From: Acidobacteriota bacterium
GTDB taxonomy: Bacteria > Acidobacteriota > UBA890 > WLXD01
Direction: 5' to 3'
Assembly (NCBI GenBank): GCA_963666055.2
Contig: CAXWPH010000015.1
Location: forward strand, 96,001-160,000
DNA length: 64,000 nucleotides
Under the pieces are notes generated by a model. That model did no database searches and was not told the origin of the DNA. It saw only the letters and a list, made by a program, of their open reading frames with translations. Both the position numbers and the translations under genes were made by a program. Shown here piece by piece: positions 59,741 to 64,000 of this stretch (position 1 is its first letter; each line of letters begins with the position of its first letter).

Positions 59741-60949
59741 GTGACGCTGGAACTACTCGAGTCAGGCCTACGTATGACCGCCGCCGCTTCCCTGCTGCTG
59801 TGGCTTATCGTCGTGCTCGACCGCCGACGCTGGTGGCCGACACAATGGAGCTTGCACCTGGACGCAGCATCGCGACAGCCGCGGCCTGGCGACCACGGCG
59901 AGCTAGTGCTGGTCATTCCGGCACGCAACGAGGCCGCGCTACTACCACGCACCTTGCCGCGCCTGCTGAAACAGAGCGACTGGTTTCGACGTCTGGTGGT
60001 GGTGGACGATCGCTCATCCGATAACACGGCGTCGCTAGCGACCCGCCTCGCCCACGGAACCGAAGCAGAGGAGAAGCTACGTGTCGTCAGCATCGGCGAG
60101 CTCGAACCGGGGTGGACCGGGAAGCTCCACGCCTTGAATGCCGGGGCGACGGCCGCTCTGCAGGATTGGGCGGGGGACAAAGAACACCAATGGATCCTGT
60201 TCACCGACGCCGACGTGCTTCATCCGTTCAACTCGGTCGGACGGTTGCTCTCAAAGGCCGCCGTAGAAGACCTCGACCTCGTGTCCGTGCTTGTAAGACG
60301 GCGGTGCGACATGCTTTGGGAATGGCTCTTGATCCCACCCCTTCTGTACTTCTTCCAACTCATGTTTCCGTTTCGTAGCGCTTCCGATCCGGGCTCGCGA
60401 ACCGCTGCCGCCGCGGGAAGCGTAATGCTCATTCGCCGCCGAATGTTCGACGACATCGGTGGCCTGGAAGCTCTCGTGGGCCACATCGACGAGCTGGCGC
60501 TGGCAAAGCGAATCAAGCGTAGCGGCGGCAAGTGCTGGTTGGGACTGGATCCAGACTTCACGTCCCTACGAAGCTACGGCTCGCTGGATCGAGTCAGCAG
60601 CACCGTGGAGCGCGCCACCTTCGAGCAGTTGCGCTACCGCTACAGCCTCATTCCGGTCCTGTGGCTGGGCGTGCTCCTGATGTTCGCCCTTCCGCCCGCC
60701 CTGACTATCTACGCCGCCATACGACTCGACGTGCTGATGGGAGCGCCGGCGATGTTGGCGTGGCTGTTGGCCACGGTGCACTTCCTGCCGGTGGTGGGCT
60801 ACCTCGGTGCACCGACGCCTTTCGCGCTGTCGTTGCCGGTCACGTCGGTCATGTACGCGTGGATAGCCACGGTCTCGGCCTGGCGACACATGAGAGGCAA
60901 GCCCGCCGCCTGGCGCCCGGCGGCGGAGGGGCTGGGGCCGGATGAGTGA
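59741..60949 (+). CDS. Glycosyltransferase family 2, hopanoid-associated HpnB-like
   Basis: IPARNEA, VDDRSSD.T, GWTGKL.AL, FTDAD, AAAG...LIRR, C-terminal TM helices. Confidence 0.8.
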   Translation: MTLELLESGLRMTAAASLLLWLIVVLDRRRWWPTQWSLHLDAASRQPRPGDHGELVLVIPARNEAALLPRTLPRLLKQSDWFRRLVVVDDRSSDNTASLATRLAHGTEAEEKLRVVSIGELEPGWTGKLHALNAGATAALQDWAGDKEHQWILFTDADVLHPFNSVGRLLSKAAVEDLDLVSVLVRRRCDMLWEWLLIPPLLYFFQLMFPFRSASDPGSRTAAAAGSVMLIRRRMFDDIGGLEALVGHIDELALAKRIKRSGGKCWLGLDPDFTSLRSYGSLDRVSSTVERATFEQLRYRYSLIPVLWLGVLLMFALPPALTIYAAIRLDVLMGAPAMLAWLLATVHFLPVVGYLGAPTPFALSLPVTSVMYAWIATVSAWRHMRGKPAAWRPAAEGLGPDE

Positions 60950-61073
60950 GCCGCAGCGGACAACGGTTCGGCTGGAAGTACACCGCGCCGAAACCGACGG
61001 CTTGGGGATCGTGCCCGTCCGTGTCGCTGCCTGCACGGCGCTGATGGCCAGCAGGCGATGCGTGCAACAGCGC

Positions 61074-61577
61074 TCAGTCGAATAAGTTCGTCTGCGCGAC
61101 TCTCGTCGCCGATGCGCCTTCCAACTCGAGCAACGTGCGCTTGCGCTCGACACCACCGCCATACCCGGTCAGGCTGCCGTCGGCACCGATAACGCGATGG
61201 CAAGGAATAATAATCGCGATCGGGTTGGCGCCATTGGCCAGCCCTACCGCCCGGGCAGCGTTGGGATCGCCGACTCGCCGCGCCAGCTCCCCGTAGGAGA
61301 TCGTCTCGCCGTAGTCGATCATCCGCAGCTGCTCCCAAACTCTGTGCCGAAACACGGTGCCGTGCGGCGCCAGCGGCAGATCGAAGGTACGTCGCTGGCC
61401 GGCAAAGTACTCGTCAAGCTGCCCGGATGTGTCGGCGAGCGCCTCGACGTCTTCGATCCAGTCATCTCCGGGCGCGGCGCACCACGGGCCCTCGAACTCC
61501 AGCATCCGCAGGCCGGCTGCATCGACTGCGCCCAGCAGGCGGCCCAGGGGGGACTCGATCCAGCTATAACGGGTCAT
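61074..61577 (-). CDS. ogt: Methylated-DNA--protein-cysteine methyltransferase
   Basis: GETISYGELA, AARAVG.ANG.NP, IPCHRV, LTGYGGG. Confidence 0.95.
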   Translation of the reverse strand: MTRYSWIESPLGRLLGAVDAAGLRMLEFEGPWCAAPGDDWIEDVEALADTSGQLDEYFAGQRRTFDLPLAPHGTVFRHRVWEQLRMIDYGETISYGELARRVGDPNAARAVGLANGANPIAIIIPCHRVIGADGSLTGYGGGVERKRTLLELEGASATRVAQTNLFD

Positions 61578-61861
61578 CGGGCAGAATCGATGTCGGCAAA
61601 CCGGTTGTAGCACCAGGCGAAAACGCTGCCGCCGTCGACGCCGTCGACGAACGCGAGGACGATACCGGCTACCCAGTCCATGAGCGCACCGCTGGCCTCA
61701 TACCCAGGGAACAGAGCCGCAAACAGACCCAGCACGGTGATGCCATAGCTCGGGAACAGCATGTTCAAGGCACCGACAACGGCTACGGTGCCGCCGAAGA
61801 ACACCCCGCAGGTAAGCGCGAACGCTCGCGTAGATAGTCCCACGTCGATCTCCTCGGTCAC
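61574..61861 (-). CDS. Small membrane protein of unknown function
   Basis: Hydrophobic segments with PGY and FVDG...YN motifs. Stop overlaps the ogt start. Confidence 0.65.
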   Translation of the reverse strand: MTEEIDVGLSTRAFALTCGVFFGGTVAVVGALNMLFPSYGITVLGLFAALFPGYEASGALMDWVAGIVLAFVDGVDGGSVFAWCYNRFADIDSAR

Positions 61862-61910
61862 ATCCCCGGAGGCTTGGCGATGGATCGCATCATCACCTCG
61901 CCGTGGACGG

Positions 61911-63344
61911 TTATCGGGCGACGGCGAACAGACTACGCTCGCCACGCACGTACATCACGCCGTCCGACAGCGCCGGCGTGGCCATCAGCAGCTCGCCCAT
62001 CGAGTTGGTGGCGATGTGCTCGAAGCTGCTGCCGGCACGCAGCACCAGAATCTCGCCATCCTCGCTGCAGAGATAGATCCGGCCATCGGCGGCAACCGGC
62101 GACGAGCTGAAGCCGGAGCCTAGATGCGGGAGCCGCACCCGATAAAGCTCTCGGCCAGAGGACAGCTCGTAGGCATCAAAGACGCCGTTGTTGGCCAGAA
62201 CGTAGAGCTGATCGCGATAGATGAGCGGCGTGGGCATGTACGGCCCCCTCCCCTGTGAGCTCCAGGCAACGTGGGCGTTGGAGCTCGCACCTCCGGTCGG
62301 CGTGATGTCGCCGCGGGCGCCGGGCCGCACCACGAATATCGGACGCTCCGGGTGCCGGCCGCTGGCGATAACGATGAAGTCGTCGCTGAACACCGGAGTC
62401 GGTGCGGTGATCTTGGAGCTGCCACCGAGACGCCAGAGCTCCTCACCGGTGGCAGGATCGTAGCCGTAGACATAGTTCGAGGAGTTGGTGATCAACTCCG
62501 ATGCGGCCGACCCCTCGTAGACGGTCGGCGTGCCCCACGATGGCAGCTCGTGACGTGGCGTTCGCCAGATCGTCGCGCCGTTCCGCGCGTCGAGCGCAAC
62601 GAGAAAATCCTCCGCCTGCGTGTCGTATTGCGCGATCACCATGCCGTTCCACAGGATCGGCGAGCTCGCCGGGCCCCACTCGTAATCCGCCGCGTCGTAG
62701 GCACCGATGTCGACGCGCCCCGGATCGAAGCTCCAGCGCGGCGTGCCGTCCATGTCGAAGGCGTGGAGTCCCTGCGAACCGAAGGAGGCCACCAGGGTGC
62801 GGCCATCGGTAGCCGGGGTGGAGCTCGCATAGGTCGATTTCACGTGCCGGGTGTCGATCGGCGTGCCCTCGTACACAACTCGCTCCCAAACCGTCTCACC
62901 GCTGTGCTTGTCGAGCGCGAACAGCACCCAGCGATGCACCGAGTGGTCGCTAGAGGCATCGCCGTCGCCGTACAGGCCGGGCCGAAAGCCGACGTCGTCG
63001 CGGCTGCTCACCGCCGAGGTGACGTAGAGTCGGTCGCCCCACACGACCGGGCTGGAATGCGCCAGGCCGGGAACCGTGACGCGCCAGCGGATGTTGTCGC
63101 CGGTCGCACCGTCCCAGGCATCGGGCAGGTTCTGGCCATCGGCAACTCCCGAAGCGCCAGGGCCTCGGAAAGACGGCCAGTGGCCATCGTCGACGACGGG
63201 AGCGGCGACGGAGAGGGCCGCCAGAGCCGCCGCCGAAGCGACCGCTATTGGGACGAACGGTGCGCCAACTGTCCGCTTCAGGGACAAAAACGCCGTTGCA
63301 CGAGACTTATCGTCGTTTGACAAAAATTTGACGGAACCCAGCAT
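61911..63344 (-). CDS. PQQ-binding-like beta-propeller repeat protein; start uncertain
   Basis: [24 protein letters not shown], repeated [17 protein letters not shown]. Confidence 0.88.
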   Translation of the reverse strand: MLGSVKFLSNDDKSRATAFLSLKRTVGAPFVPIAVASAAALAALSVAAPVVDDGHWPSFRGPGASGVADGQNLPDAWDGATGDNIRWRVTVPGLAHSSPVVWGDRLYVTSAVSSRDDVGFRPGLYGDGDASSDHSVHRWVLFALDKHSGETVWERVVYEGTPIDTRHVKSTYASSTPATDGRTLVASFGSQGLHAFDMDGTPRWSFDPGRVDIGAYDAADYEWGPASSPILWNGMVIAQYDTQAEDFLVALDARNGATIWRTPRHELPSWGTPTVYEGSAASELITNSSNYVYGYDPATGEELWRLGGSSKITAPTPVFSDDFIVIASGRHPERPIFVVRPGARGDITPTGGASSNAHVAWSSQGRGPYMPTPLIYRDQLYVLANNGVFDAYELSSGRELYRVRLPHLGSGFSSSPVAADGRIYLCSEDGEILVLRAGSSFEHIATNSMGELLMATPALSDGVMYVRGERSLFAVAR

Positions 63345-63507
63345 ACGTGGTCTGCGTCTAATCTTGAGAATGGCCGGCTTGATCGGGATCGACCATAGCA
63401 ACCGGACGGCTCGCGGTCAGGCAAGTCGCCGTAGGTAACCTCCGTGTACGCAGGGAAGCCGTCCCCGCTTCCATGCGATGCCATCCCCGATCGCAAGGAA
63501 ACTTGCT

Positions 63508-63759
63508 ATGTCTCCACGAACGGTAACTGTATCCGTGCTGGGAGCCCTTTTCCTCCTGGCGGTCATCGCCGGGGCCACCGTACTAACGGCCCCTGGGCGC
63601 GATGCCGCCGCCGTGGTCGAGCCTGCTATCGAGCTGCTCGACGGTGAGTGCAGCGGCATGAACGAAGCGCCTGCCGGCGGAGCTAGCGAAGCACCGCCCG
63701 ACGTCAGCAACTTCATCGACTGCTTGCAGACGAGCGGCTACGGCGAGCCAGAGTCATGA
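63508..63759 (+). CDS. Small exported hypothetical protein
   Basis: AAGGA RBS, signal/TM segment, acidic tail with two Cys. Confidence 0.45.
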   Translation: MSPRTVTVSVLGALFLLAVIAGATVLTAPGRDAAAVVEPAIELLDGECSGMNEAPAGGASEAPPDVSNFIDCLQTSGYGEPES

Positions 63760-63863
63760 TGTTCGCATTCCGAATCACTCTCGTGTCAACCGAAGACCTC
63801 GCGGGGGGAAATGCGGAATCCGGCTAGCACCTAGCCCAGGCAAGCGTGCAGAATCCCAGGACA

Positions 63864-64000
63864 ATGGGAAGTCGTGTTCGCTCCATCGGCAAGGAAGTCC
63901 TCGCCATCGCCGCCCTGGCGTTGGTGCTGTTCTCCGGGCGGTCGTCACTCGCCGACCACTACGTCGTGCCGACGAGCTCGATGGAATACACGCTCATGCC
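63864..64000 (+). CDS. lepB: Signal peptidase I, 5' part (runs off the window)
   Basis: Manual translation MGSRVRSIGKEVLAIAALALVLFSGRSSLADHYVVPTSSMEYTLM: a TM segment followed by the catalytic Ser box (SSM..TL). Confidence 0.75.
   Translation, partial: MGSRVRSIGKEVLAIAALALVLFSGRSSLADHYVVPTSSMEYTLM

Noticed and set aside
59497-60024. ORFs running through the MITE copies (also 47618-47824 and 47433-47726) that share peptide similarity
   Set aside because: The similarity is just the DNA repeat read in frame. There are no transposase motifs.

Overview
High-GC, gene-dense bacterial chromosomal window. The gene inventory (carboxypeptidase-regulatory-domain TonB receptor, BNR/VPS10 propeller, CRTAC1/ASPIC protein, PQQ propeller, DUF4097) suggests an Acidobacteriota-like organism; this is inference only. 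There is no prophage, CRISPR array, rRNA or transposase. About 48 CDSs and one tRNA-Pro(TGG) are supported. Main blocks: a C5-dicarboxylate (itaconate/methylsuccinate-like) CoA cluster (5950-10291); a carnitine/betaine-CoA catabolic cluster with a BCCT transporter (10307-17276); malate synthase G; a cytochrome c/beta-barrel fusion next to a cupredoxin-like protein (22116-23983); an LLM/amidohydrolase/hydrolase/ALDH/CMD catabolic cluster; amidase-GerMN-rdgB-tRNA-Pro; a two-subunit aconitase X. Signals not explained by the ORF track: a CTAG-flanked MITE-like family (two full copies and about seven solo or degenerate ends, several sitting on TAG stop codons); symmetric bidirectional -10 elements (TANNNTA) between divergent genes; three orphan gene remnants in intergenic spaces; a structured leader upstream of a MATE pump; three frameshifts at short G/C runs that are probably sequencing errors. 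All family calls come from motif recognition by eye, not from database searches. Many start codons are adjusted by judgement.
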